Assembly: GCA_002269645.1 (NCBI GenBank)
Contig: NIVC01001778.1
Span: 124,001-188,000 of the forward strand
Length of the DNA stretch: 64,000 nucleotides
Direction: 5' to 3'
Source: Macrostomum lignano
Taxonomy: Eukaryota
Positions 1-12,290 of the stretch are shown piece by piece (positions within the stretch are counted from its first letter, which is position 1; each line of letters opens with the position of its first letter). The notes below the pieces were generated by a model, which saw only the letters and a list, made by a program, of their open reading frames with translations, searched no databases and was not told where the DNA came from. Position numbers and translations under genes: made by a program.

Positions 1-1
1 A

Positions 2-349
2 GTGTGGGAAGACCCAAGCTTAGCCGAATGGGATCCGAACGATTTTCGAATCTTCTGCGGCGATCTTGGCAACGAAGTTAACGACGACGTGTTGACCAGA
101 GCGTTCAGCAAGTACGGCTCGTTCCAGAAGGCCAAAGTGGTGCGAGACCACCGCAGCAACAAGAGCAAAGGCTACGGCTTTGTCAGCTTCAAAGATCCGC
201 AAGATTTTGTTCGCGCACTGCACGAAATGAATGGCAAATATGTTGGCAATCGGCCTATCAAACTGCGCCGTAGCAACTGGAAGGAGAGAGAGATCACTTC
301 GGTGAAGAAGAAAATTAAAGAGAAACGTAAAATGGGTCTCAAGGTGTGA
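2..349 (+). CDS. RBM42: RNA-binding protein 42 (RBM42), C-terminal RRM-containing part; 5' end outside the window or in an upstream exon
   Basis: WEDPSLAEWDPNDFRIFCGDLGNEVNDD...KSKGYGFVSFKDP...EMNGKYVGNRPIKLRRSNWKER is the characteristic RBM42 RRM (RNP2 IFCGDL, RNP1 KGYGFVSF) with a basic tail; stop TGA at 347-349. Confidence 0.93.
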   Translation: MWEDPSLAEWDPNDFRIFCGDLGNEVNDDVLTRAFSKYGSFQKAKVVRDHRSNKSKGYGFVSFKDPQDFVRALHEMNGKYVGNRPIKLRRSNWKEREITSVKKKIKEKRKMGLKV

Positions 350-408
350 TTAGACTGTTTGACTCTGACGGCTTTTGTTACGAGTCTTGCTTTTATTATG
401 TATTTGCT

Positions 409-888
409 TGTGGATTGCTAATCTATCCAATCATGGGTGTTTCCCTCAGAAGTGGATTGTTAATCTATCCAATCATTGGTGTTTCCCTCAGAAATGGATT
501 GTTAATCTATCCAATCATGGGTGTTTCCCTCAGAAGTGGATTGCTAATCTATCCAATCATGGGTGTTTCCCTCAGAAGTGGATTGCTAATCTATCCAATC
601 ATGGGTGTTTCCCTCAGAAGTGGATTGCTAATCTATCCAATCATGGGTGTTTCCCTCAGAAGTGGATTGCTAATCTATCCAATCATGGGTGTTTCCCTCA
701 GAAGTGGATTGTTAATCTATCCAATCATTGGTGTTTCCCTCAGAAATGGATTGTTAATCTATCCAATCATGGGTGTTTCCCTCAGAAGTGGATTGCTAAT
801 CTATCCAATCATGGGTGTTTCCCTCAGAAGTGGATTGCTAATCTATCCAATCATGGGTGTTTCCCTCAGAAGTGGATTGTTAATCTAT
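409..888. repeat. 42-bp minisatellite, about 11 copies, just downstream of the RBM42 stop
   Basis: Unit AGTGGATTGCTAATCTATCCAATCATGGGTGTTTCCCTCAGA repeated head-to-tail; explains ORFs 346..921 and 375..890. Confidence 0.95.
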
Positions 889-1202
889 AAATATGTATTC
901 AAATTTGTAATTATTGCTTAGTCCAAGCTCTCAAATAAGTTAAATACGAGTATAATTCACACCTATGTGTACTTTACTTGCGTGTTTCCTTTATTGCTTG
1001 TTAATTGAGCTGAAAGCATTGCTTATGTATAATTGAAAATTGAAAAAATACTTGTTATAATACAACGTAATAAGCTTATATTGTTATTAGTTCTTAATAA
1101 GCTAGTGGTCCTTGCTTGTGTACAAAAAATTACTTATAAGAAAACTAATGTTTTGTGTTTATTGATTTATTAAACTAGCTGGTCCAGCGAAGGTTATTAC
1201 GG

Positions 1203-1735
1203 ACCCAGATCTCGAGTTTCCGGGTCAGCCTCCTAGATCCTCAGTTTCCGGGCCAGCCTCCCAGATCTTCAGTTGCTGGGCCAGCCTCCCAGATCCCCAG
1301 TTGCTGGGCCAGCCTCCCAGATCCCCAGTTGCTGGGGCATGGGCCAGCCTCCCAGATCCTCAGTTGCAGGGCCAGCCTCCCAGATCCCCAGTTGCTGGGC
1401 CAGCCTCCCAGATCCCCAGTTGCTGGGGCATGGGCCAGCCTCCCAGATCCTCAGTTGCAGGGCCAGCCTCCCAGATCCTCAGTTGCTGGGCCAGCCTCCC
1501 AGATCCTCAGTTGCTGGGCCAGCCTCCCAGAGTGACAGTTGCTGGGCCAGCCTCCCAGAGTGACAGTTGCTGAGCCAGCCTCCCAGATCCCCAGTTTTTG
1601 GGCCAGCCTCCCAGAGTCTCAGTCTGGGCCAGCCTCTCAGAGTGTCAGTCTGGGCCAGCCTATCAGAGTGTCAGTCTGGGCCAGCCTCATAGATCCCCAA
1701 TTGTTGGGCCAGCCTCACAGATCCTCAGTATTTGT
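1203..1735. repeat. About 28-bp degenerate minisatellite
   Basis: Unit CTGGGCCAGCCTCCCAGATCCTCAGTTG with insertion variants. Confidence 0.9.
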
Positions 1736-2019
1736 GCCCTTTTAGGTAACCTACAGTAATGTTAGTGCACGTTCCCAATCCCGTGATGCAAATATTTATT
1801 ATTTCGCTTGCTGCTGCAACCACGGATTAAGAGGAGGACAATTTTTATAGTACATTTTATAAACATATTTTTTAGGAGAAGCGTTTAAGAAAAAGGAAAT
1901 CCATAATTGTCAATAATTGATTTAGTAATGTGCAGCCAATGGGGAAAGTACTTGCTTCAGTAAAACGCTTTTCTTCTACATTGTACATTGGCTGCGTTAT
2001 ATAGTGTGTAGCAACCAGG

Positions 2020-2640
2020 GAGGTTTTGGAGTGAGGTTGGTGCAGGGATCCGCGGGAGGCTAGAAATGTAGAGGTTTGGAGTGAGGTGGGTGCAGGGATC
2101 CGCGGGAGGCTAGAAATGTAGAGGTTTGGAGTGAGGTTAGTGCAGGGATCCGCGGGAGGCTAGAAATGTAGAGGTTTGGAGTGAGGTGGGTGCAGGGATC
2201 CGCGGGAGGCTAGAAATGTAGAGGTTTGGAGTGAGGTGGGTGCAGGGATCCGCGGGAGGCTAGAAATGTAGAGTTTTGGAGTGAGGTGGGTGCAGGGATC
2301 CGCGGGAGGCTAGAAATGTAGAGGTTTGGAGTGAGGTGGGTGCAGGGATCCGCGGGAGGCTAGAAATGTAGAGGTTTGGAGTGAGGTTAGTGCAGGGATC
2401 CGCGGGAGGCTAGAAATGTAGAGTTTTGGAGTGAGGTGGGTGCAGGGATCCGCGGGAGGCTAGAAATGTAGAGTTTTGGAGTGAGGTGGGTGCGGGATTC
2501 CGCGGGGGTAGAAATGTAGAGTTTTGGAGTGAGGTGGGTGCGGGATTCCGCGGGGGTAGAAATGTAGAGGTTTGGAGTGAGGTGGGTGCGGGGATCCGCG
2601 GGGGCTAGAACTGTAGAGGTTTGGAGTGACGTGGGTGCAG
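2020..2640. repeat. 50-bp minisatellite, about 12 copies
   Basis: Unit GAGGTTTGGAGTGAGGTGGGTGCAGGGATCCGCGGGAGGCTAGAAATGTA. Confidence 0.95.
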
Positions 2641-2798
2641 GGATAGACAGAAAGAGAGACAGGAATGTACTCGTAGGGGTTCGGATTTATTTGAGTACAA
2701 GTAATATGCCAGAAAAAAATCAATAATAATTTTATCAAAATCTCTGCTTTGTTTATTTATGATTGCTGAGATTCCGCTTGCATGTAATGAAATGGTAT

Positions 2799-3160
2799 TA
2801 TTTTTTTATTAGAGGCAGGGGGTTGTGTGCACCCTGGCGCACTTTAAGCGACATAGGCACACAACCGGCGAGAGGCATTACTGCCCATTCCGCCGACTCC
2901 CCTGAGCAGGCACACAAGCGCGCGGATACGTACGCAGGCACACACTCACACAGGAGTGTACAGCGGCCCTAACTTTATTTATCGTTAGGCATGTACACTT
3001 CACTGCGCCTTGGGGGGTTGGCTCTCAAGGCCGTTAATTGCACGAGCAGAGCCAAGCCGAGATTCCAATTCAGCCCCAAATTAATGTGACTGCACTTGGA
3101 ATCGAGCCTGGGTCGCTGGCACACCAGAGCAGCTGCGCTACCGCTGGGCTACGGCCCCCC
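2799..3160 (-). mobile_element. tRNA-derived SINE, about 360 bp
   Basis: Minus strand begins GGGGGGCCGTAGCCCAGCGGTAGCGCAGC...GACCCAGGCTCGATTCCAAGTGC with a Pol III A box (TAGCCCAGCGG) and B box (GGCTCGATTCC) at tRNA spacing. A non-tRNA body and an A-rich end (AATAAAAAAAATAA) follow. Near-duplicated flank TAATGAAATGGTAT (2785-2798) / TAATAAAATGGTAT (3171-3184). Confidence 0.72.
3098..3151 (-). promoter_or_regulatory. Internal RNA polymerase III promoter (A box 3141-3151, B box 3098-3108) of the SINE
   Basis: Matches TRGCNNARYGG and GGTTCGANTCC (one mismatch). Confidence 0.7.
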
Positions 3161-3496
3161 TTAATAATAATAATAAAATGGTATGGCTTCAACTACTTTA
3201 ATATGAATCAATATTGGAGAGCATAGCAGGATGCAGAGTGCAGCTGGCTCGCATATTACGAGTACATGTGTATGCATACGCAGTCTCGTGGCTTATTTGG
3301 CGAGTTACTCGACATCCAGGGGTTTAAAGAATCACGATTCGGAACGCGTGCTCATCAATTTTTTGCAAAGCTGTCCGTCGTTTTTGTCCTATTAATATAT
3401 TCTGTCTATTTTTCATGTCGGCACCATTCGTTAAAAATTTCAGCGTTGAGCAATATGATTGCACTCTGCTTGCTAGTGCTGGCTTAATTGAACTAG

Positions 3497-4240
3497 AGGC
3501 GCCCCACTAAAGATTTAAATGGCGCCCCACCAAAGAGTCAAATAGCGCACCAAAGAGTCAAATAGCGCCCCACCAAAGAGTCAAATGGTGCACCGCTAAA
3601 GAGTCAAATAGCGCCCCACCAAAGAGTCAAATAGCGCCCCACCAAAGAGTCAAATGGTGCACCGCTAAAGAGTCAAATAGCGCCCACCAAAGAGTCAAAT
3701 AGCGCCCACCAAAGAGTCAAATAGCGCCCACCAAAGAGTCAAATAGCGCACCACTAAAGAGTCAAATAGCGCCCCACCAAAGAGTCAAATAGCGCCCCAC
3801 CAAAGAGTCAAATGGTGCACCGCTAAAGAGTCAAATAGCGCCCCACCAAAGAGTCAAATAGCGCCCCACCAAAGAGTCAAATAGCGCCCACCAAAGAGTC
3901 AAATAGCGCCCACCAAAGAGTCAAATAGCGCCCCACCAAAGAGTCAAATAGCGCCCCACCAAAGAGTCAAATAGCGCCCACCAAAGAGTCAAATAGCGTC
4001 CACCAAAGAGTCAAATGGCGCCCCACCAAAGAGTCAAATAGCGCCCACCAAAGAGTCAAATAGCGCCCACCAAAGAGTCAAATGGCGCCCCACCAAAGAG
4101 TCAAATAGCGCACCACTAAAGAGTCAAACGGCGCTAAAGAGTCAAATGTCGCCCGACTATAGGGTCAAACGGCGCCCCAATGAAGGGTCAAACGGCGCCC
4201 AATGAAGGGTCAAACGGCGCTCCAATGAGGGTCGAACGGC
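3497..4240. repeat. About 23-bp minisatellite with (G)GCGCC core
   Basis: Unit CCACCAAAGAGTCAAATAGCGCC, degenerating at both ends. Confidence 0.93.
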
Positions 4241-4689
4241 GTCCACAGGTTTTTTAGCTTAGAACGTTGAATTCATGGACTATCAGTTCATGGACTATTC
4301 AATCCAGACCTCAAGTCTGATTAGTGTCACACGCAATGCCTACGCCTGTGCCCATGTCGCTTCACCATTGGGCGGGAGATGAGTAAATACAGAGCACGGG
4401 AAAAGAGAAGAGAGGGCAAATGGCTCCACCCTGCTCGAGCTTCCCAGCCTCCCTTTCAGCAGGTGAGGCAGACTGTAAAGACACAAGCAGGACATCCGCC
4501 TGTAATGTTGTAGACGGATTAAAGTTAAATAATCCAAAAGCTAGCTGACTGGAAAACACTTCTCTTCCGAAAGTCCGTAAGTTCTCCGGCTTTTAAATAA
4601 TTTTTTATAACTATTCTACCAAAAAAGTGGAGATTTCAGAAAACCATGTTTTAAAATCTCCTGCAGACATCTCATGGATTCTCATACAG

Positions 4690-5010
4690 GGCGTAGAAAT
4701 CTCGCATAGGGATCTCAGAAATCTTTTATAGATATCTTAAAAAATAGAGATCTCACGGAAATCGCATGCGGAGATCTCATAGAAATCTCGTGCAGAGATC
4801 CCAGACAGACTAGAAATCTCATCCGAAGATCTCATAGAAGTCTCATGCAGAGATCCCAGACAGACTAGAAATCTCATGCGGAGATCTCATAGAAATCTCG
4901 TGCAGAGATCCCAGACAGACTAGAAATCTCATGCGAAGATCTCATAGAAGTCTCATACAGAGATCCCAGACGGAATTCTCATGCGAAGGTCTCCCACAAA
5001 CCTCATAGAG
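4690..5010. repeat. Degenerate AGAAATCTCATGC/AGAGATCCCAGAC tandem repeat
   Basis: Alternating subunits GGAGATCTCATAGAAATCTCGTGC and AGAGATCCCAGACAGACTAGAAATCTCATGC. Confidence 0.8.
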
Positions 5011-5344
5011 ATCCCCGATTTCAAAGGTTCTCTTCTTTGATTGGCTAAAATTGATGTGGATCAGAGATCTCAGAGACAGAGATAAGGGATTATCAATGCG
5101 GATTACCTACAGTATGTTTCGAAGCCTGCAACAGACTGATAAACTGCGACATCACTGTCACATCAAGATGCTTTTGATAGCTGTGTGACTGACTCACCAT
5201 TGTTTATGCTCATTTTTCCCTGTGCTCCTTTGTTTTTGACCAGATGAATCGGATTGATAATTGCTTGTCCTGAAAACAGGATAATACCGAGGGTTCATAT
5301 AATTATAGTCAAATTTAGATTCTCAGTCACTGCTTAATTACTCA

Positions 5345-6077
5345 ACTCGTGAACTCATAGACTCGTGAACTCATAGACTCGTGAACTCATAGACTCGTGA
5401 ACTCATAGACTCGTGAACTCATAGACTCGTGAACTCATAGACTCGTGAACTCATAGACTCGTGAAGTCATAGACTCGTGAACTCATAGACTCGTGAACTC
5501 ATAGACTCGTGAACTCATAGACTCGTGAACTCATAGACTCGTGAACTCATAGACTCGTGAACTCATAGACTCGTGAACTCATAGACTCGTGAACTCATAG
5601 ACTCGTGAACTCATAGACTCGTGAACTCATAGACTCGTGAAGTCATAGACTCGTGAACTCATAGACTCGTGAACTCATAGACTCGTGAACTCATAGACTC
5701 GTGAACTCATAGACTCGTGAACTCATAGACTCGTGAACTCATAGACTCGTGAACTCATAGACTCGTGAACTCATAGACTCGTGAACTCATAGACTCGTGA
5801 ACTCATAGACTCGTGAACTCATAGACTCGTGAAGTCATAGACTCGTGAACTCATAGACTCGTGAACTCATAGACTCGTGAACTCATAGACTCGTGAACTC
5901 ATAGACTCGTGAACTCATAGACTCGTGAACTCATAGACTCGTGAACTCATAGACTCGTGAACTCATAGACTCGTGAACTCATAGACTCGTGAACTCATAG
6001 ACTCGTGAACTCATAGACTCGTGAACTCATAGACTCGTGAACTCATAGACTCGTGAACTCATAGACTCGTGAACTCA
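5345..6077. repeat. 16-bp minisatellite, about 45 nearly perfect copies
   Basis: Unit ACTCGTGAACTCATAG; variant GAAGTC at 5466, 5642 and 5834. Confidence 0.97.
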
Positions 6078-6529
6078 CGAATTGACTTTCTTCTAGTACT
6101 ATTTATTTCACTACAGCCGCCAAGTGTTAATTAGCTGATGCTGTACAAGTGAAAGGCTGCATGTTCCACGATATCTGAAACCGACAAAATCTACTGATGA
6201 ATTAGCAGGTTATTCTGTAATCAAGGTGGGTAATAATAGCAAAGTAAGCACTATTTACTCAATCAGAATTACTTAGTGCTAGCTGATTTTCTATCAGCTG
6301 AATTGACATTTGATCCAGTGCAGCTTTTTTACTCCTGAGCAGCAAGATGGAGCAGAAAGCGAGATTCACACCTGCTGTTCTCAGCTTAATCAGTCAGAAA
6401 TTAATTCTGTTTTTGTAACGTTTGTCCAGAAACATATTAGTGTTAGTTTTTTATCAAACTGCACGTTTGGCTAGTGTGTAACAGGTGGATTGTACCATGC
6501 CTGTTTAGCAGGTAGATAGAACTGCTAGA

Positions 6530-8345
6530 TTCCAGATCTAAAATTAGCATGAGATCTACTAGATCTAGTCTCAAGATAAGCGTGAGATCTACTAGATCTA
6601 CTCTCTCTAGCGATATAAGCATGAGATCTACTAGATCTAGTCTCAAGAAAAGCGTGAGATCTACTAGATCTACTCTCTCTAGCGATATAAGCATGAGATC
6701 TACTAGATCTACTCTCTCTAGAGATATAAGCATGAGATCTACGATCTAGTCTCAAGATAAGCGTGAGATCTACTAGATCTACTCTCTCTAGCGATATAAG
6801 CATGAGATCTACTAGATCTACTCTCTCTATAGAGATATAAGCATGAGATCTACTAGATCTAGTCTCAAGATAAGCGTGAGATCTACTAGATCTACTCTCT
6901 CTCTAGCGATATAAGCATGAGATCTACTAGATCTACTCTCTCTATAGAGATATAAGCATGAGATCTACTAGATCTAGTCTCAAGATAAGCGTGAGATCTA
7001 CTAGATCTACTCTCTCTATAGAGATATAAGCATGAGATCTACTAGATCTAGTCTCAAGATAAGCATGAGTTCTACTAGATCTAGTCTCAAGATAAGCGTG
7101 AGATCTACTAGATCTACTCTCTTTAGCGATATAAGCATGAGACCTACTAGATCTACTCTCTCTAGAGATATAAGCATGAGATCTACTAGATCTACTCTCT
7201 CTAGAGATATAAGCATGAGATCTACGATCTAGTCTCAAGATAAGCGTGAGATCTACTAGATCTACTCTCTCTAGCGATATAAGCATGAGATCTACTAGAT
7301 CTACTCTCTCTATAGAGATATAAGCATGAGATCTACTAGATCTACTCTCTCTATAGAGATATAAGCATGAGATCTACTAGATCTACTCTCTCTATAGAGA
7401 TATAAGCATGAGATCTACTAGATCTAGTCTCAAGATAAGCGTGAGATCTACTAGATCTACTCTCTCTATAGAGATATAAGCATGAGATCTACTAGATCTA
7501 GTCTCAAGATAAGCATGAGTTCTACTAGATCTAGTCTCAAGATAAGCGTGAGATCTACTAGATCTACTCTCTTTAGCGATATAAGCATGAGACCTACTAG
7601 ATCTACTCTCTCTAGAGATATAAGCATGAGATCTACTAGATCTACTCTCTCTAGCGATATAAGCATGAGATCGACTAGATCTACTCTCTCTCTAGAGATA
7701 TAAGCATGAGATCTACTAGATCTACTAGATTCACAATAAACACACAAAATCTACTAGATCTAGTTTCTAGATAAACATGCAATCTACTAGATCTAGTCTC
7801 TAGATCCAATCTCAAGATAAGCATGAGATCTACTAGATCTAGTCTCTAGATAAGCATGAGATCTACTATATCTAGTCTCTAGATAAGCATGAGATCTACT
7901 AGATCTAGTCTCTAGATAAACATGAGATCTACTAGATCTAGTCTCTTTAGTGATATAAGCATGAGACCTACTATATCTACTCTCTCTCTCTAGAGATATA
8001 AGCATGAGATCTACTAGATCTACTCTCTCTAGAGATATAAGCATGAGATCTACTAGATTTATTCTCTAGATATACGAGTAAGCATGAGATCTACTAGGTC
8101 TAATCTCTAGATATAAGCATGAGATCGACTAGATTTATTCTCTAGATATAAGCATGAGATCTACTAGATCTAGTCTAAAATGACACAGTATTCTGATCGA
8201 CAGTCATAAGAGAACATGAGTTCCCCTGCAGAGACAGAAGATATAAGCATGAGATCTACTAGATCTAGTCTAAAATGACACAGTATTCTGGTCGACAGTC
8301 ATAAGAGAACATGGGTTCCCCTGCAGAGACAGAAGATATAAGCAA
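6530..8345. repeat. Palindrome-rich minisatellite (AGATCTACTAGATCT core), about 1.8 kb
   Basis: Units of about 33-37 bp such as GCATGAGATCTACTAGATCTAGTCTCAAGATAA; ends with a direct duplication of about 95 bp (8145-8340). Confidence 0.93.
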
Positions 8346-8689
8346 CCTAGCTTCCACTCTGCCAATTCTGTAAAAGGATCTGTTTAAGATACGTACAACC
8401 AGGCTTTAAGCTAAATGGGAATTCTGTAGGCAAATCGGGTTAGAGAGGTATTGGGTGTGGTCTCAGGCCAGCTCTGTCATCGTGTTTCGAATAATCCCAA
8501 TAAGGCGAATTTCTCTCCAGTGCAAGAAAACTGTGCGTGCTCCACATCTCACGCGATAAAAATTGTAGCTTGAAATAAATTGCTTAAACATCGCTAAGCA
8601 ACATTACAAGGGCAGATCTGCGAAAAATATGAAATCTCCGGAATTGATACTTAACGATTTTTAACACGACATTCTTTTTCTTGTAACTC

Positions 8690-9545
8690 ACTTTATTATG
8701 TAATCTACTCACTCTACCGTAAAATTTACTCCCTCTATCATGTAATCTCACTCTAGCATGTAATCTACTCACTCTAGCATGTAATCTACTCAGTCTATCA
8801 TGTAATCTCACTCCAGCATGTAATCTACTCACTCTATCATGTAATCTACTCACTCTATCATGTAATCTACTCACTCTATCATGTAATCTACTCACTCCAG
8901 CATGTAATCTACTCACTCTATCATGTAATCTACTCACTCCAGCATGTAATCTACTCACTCTATCATGTAATCTACTCACTCCAGCATGTAATCTACTCAC
9001 TCTATCATGTAATCTACTCACTCTATCATGTAATCTGCTCACTCTAGCATGTAATCTACTCACTCTATCATGTAATCTGCTCACTCCAGCATGTAATCTA
9101 ATCACTCTATCATGTAATCTGCTCACTCTAGCATGTAATCTACTCACTCTATCATGTAATCTGCTCAGTCTATGATAGAATCTACTCAATTCTATCATGT
9201 AATCTACTCACTCTATCATGTAATCTACTCACTCTATCATGTAATCTGCTCACTCTAGCATGTAATCTACTCACTCTATCATGTAATCTGCTCACTCCAG
9301 CATGTAATCTAATCACTCTATCATGTAATCTGCTCACTCTAGCATGTAATCTACTCACTCTATCATGTAATCTGCTCAGTCTATGATAGAATCTACTCAA
9401 TTCTATCATGTAATCTACTCACTCTATCATGTAATCTACTCACTCTATCATGTAATCTGCTCACTCTAGCATGTGATCTACTCACTCTATCATGTAATCT
9501 GCTCAGTCTATGATAGAATCTACTCAATTCTATCATGCAATCTAC
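8690..9545. repeat. 21-bp minisatellite with higher-order blocks
   Basis: Unit CATGTAATCTACTCACTCTAT; blocks end in CAGTCTATGATAGAATCTACTCAATTCTAT three times. Confidence 0.95.
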
Positions 9546-9618
9546 TCACTAATAGTGCAGCCTCAAGTCGCACTTCCCCACTTCATCGCCCGCTGCACGG
9601 CACCCTCTGCAGGCGGCA

Positions 9619-9826
9619 ATGTCCACCGCGCCCACCGGAACGCAGCAGCAGCCAAGTCTGCTGGACGCGCCATTCTGGATCGGTGCCATAATCCTAATTG
9701 GAGTCCTGCTAATCCTTGGCTTAATCCTTTGCCTCAAGCGACACTACGAAGACGACGTATCGCAGTGTCGACCTTGTCGAAGAAAAGCGACAGCAACGGC
9801 CGAGACGAGAGAGGAGAACTGCCATG
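9619..9826 (+). CDS. Exon 1 of orphan single-pass membrane protein (N-terminal TM helix)
   Basis: GGCAATG start; MSTAPTGTQQQPSLLDAPFWIGAIILIGVLLILGLILCLKRH has a hydrophobic helix of about 20 residues followed by KRH; donor GTGAGA at 9827 (phase 1). Confidence 0.65.
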
Positions 9827-9922
9827 GTGAGAGGCGGACACATCTGCCAAGCAGATGTTGCTCATGCACTGCAGTGTTTAACTTCTTGGCAGCCCATCAT
9901 ATTTTACTTCAAATATTTTCAG

Positions 9923-10050
9923 ACACTATGCGATTGGAGGCTGCGAAGCGACGCAGCTCGCAGATTCCACAGCAGCTGGGAGTGGCTTCCACGTTGGGGT
10001 CCGCTGCCACCAGCCATTGCAACAGCCCCATTGCCGATGGCAACGATGCT
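9923..10050 (+). CDS. Exon 2 of orphan membrane protein
   Basis: Acceptor TTTTCAG at 9916-9922, phase matches exon 1 (G|AC); donor GTGAGT at 10051 (phase 0). Confidence 0.6.
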
Positions 10051-10054
10051 GTGA

Positions 10055-10895
<841 letters not shown>

Positions 10896-11830
10896 TTCGA
10901 ACCTAACTATATTACCTAAGCCTCTGCAGTTTATCCCTCTGTCTAAAAGATTGATGAGCAAAACAAAGCATTAGTGAGTCCCTGCTCATTGCTAATACAT
11001 GCAGCATCTGCTCGTTCAGTTTCTGCAGCAGCAGCTTAACACTCCTTTGGGAAATCTGTGGGTTAGGAGAGAATTTTATGTCAATATGCCCCATGTCACA
11101 TGACCAATTTCCTCTATGAGATGAGAGTTGCACGGCATACGAGTACTATTGACCTTTGCTGGAACAAGATGTTAAACAGAGTTGAAACTTCTGAAATTTG
11201 GGGTCCGGCAAAATCTCTGGGTTTTGGATAACGAGATTCAATCACAAAAATTGGCCAATCTATGGTACCTGTTCAATATTATGTACGAGTCTCGTAATAA
11301 ATATTAATTTTAAAGTTATAATTCGAATCCCAGAGACAGTGAGCCCGATGCCGGGAATCCCAAGATAGGGTTAATTTTTTTGATTCATCAACAACACAAA
11401 ATTTTCATGAATGTCTATTGGTTGTAGTGTCCTTAATCTTTAATTAAAGCTCCAACTAAATTCTTCAACTATTTTAATTGCTTTAATGATTGGAATTAAT
11501 TGAGGGTAATAAGTACAGGGCAATGTACATTACCCCGTGATAATAAAATAGGCCCCGCTAGAGCGTTCGCCGGCGGCTTAACTTTCTGGCCTAGAAAATC
11601 TCGTCCGCGATAAGGCAGTCAGCCAATGTACATACAATGTGAATGTACATTGAAAAAATCTTGCCCCACCCTCTACGTCTGCCCTAGACAAAAAAAGTTA
11701 ATTTACATTTCGCGGCCAGTAAAAACTGGTTTTTCTAGAGTAGCCTAAAACTGCCTAACCGTCTGAATGTGCGCATGAAACTTCTCACAGAATGCTAAAT
11801 ATTACGTACGTACCCATACTAACCATTGTC

Positions 11831-11980
11831 CAGTGGGGCAACCAGGGAATACAAAATCCCGAGTTTTGCCAATCCCGGGATTCTCGGGATCGGGATATCC
11901 CGGACTTTGCCGATCCCGGGATCCCGAAAAATTGAAGGGGGTGACTCCCCCCCCCCCGCTCCCCTCTGGTTACCCCACTG
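11831..11980. mobile_element. 150-bp MITE-like element
   Basis: Terminal inverted repeats CAGTGGGGCAACCAG / CTGGTTACCCCACTG (14/15 match); flanks CATTGTC / CATAGTC (7 bp, one mismatch); interior full of ATCCCGGGAT palindromes. Confidence 0.5.
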
Positions 11981-12290
11981 CATAGTCCAGTCCATAAAAA
12001 ATTACGAGTACCAAATGGTGGCTGGGCCCTGTGGTTTTTAATTAAAAGCTCGGAGTTTCATTTTGTCATAAACAGGAAGTTATTTTTTCAGCTAGCGGAA
12101 GCGACTGACTTAGTGTGGTGTCCCCTGTCTAGGGTGAACTGCTTCGTGTACATTCAGATGATAACAGCCATCGAAGCCCCAATGTACATCCTCTGAAAAA
12201 TTCTCTATCCCTTTCTCCAACTGAAGCAGCCAATCAGCGAAGGCCTAAATTTGAAAACCAACCTCCCTCCCCTCCTCCCCGCCTTAACAG

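Noticed and set aside
1932-1995. 10-bp inverted repeat GCAGCCAATG / CATTGGCTGC
   Set aside because: Too short and isolated, with no TSD; could be chance.
3085-3160. Functional tRNA gene
   Set aside because: Acceptor and anticodon stems do not pair properly, there is no oligo-T terminator, and it continues into a SINE-like body and tail.
5345-6077. CRISPR-like arrays (also 56020-56760, 60554-61059)
   Set aside because: Units are head-to-tail with no unique spacers, there are no cas genes, and the context is eukaryotic.
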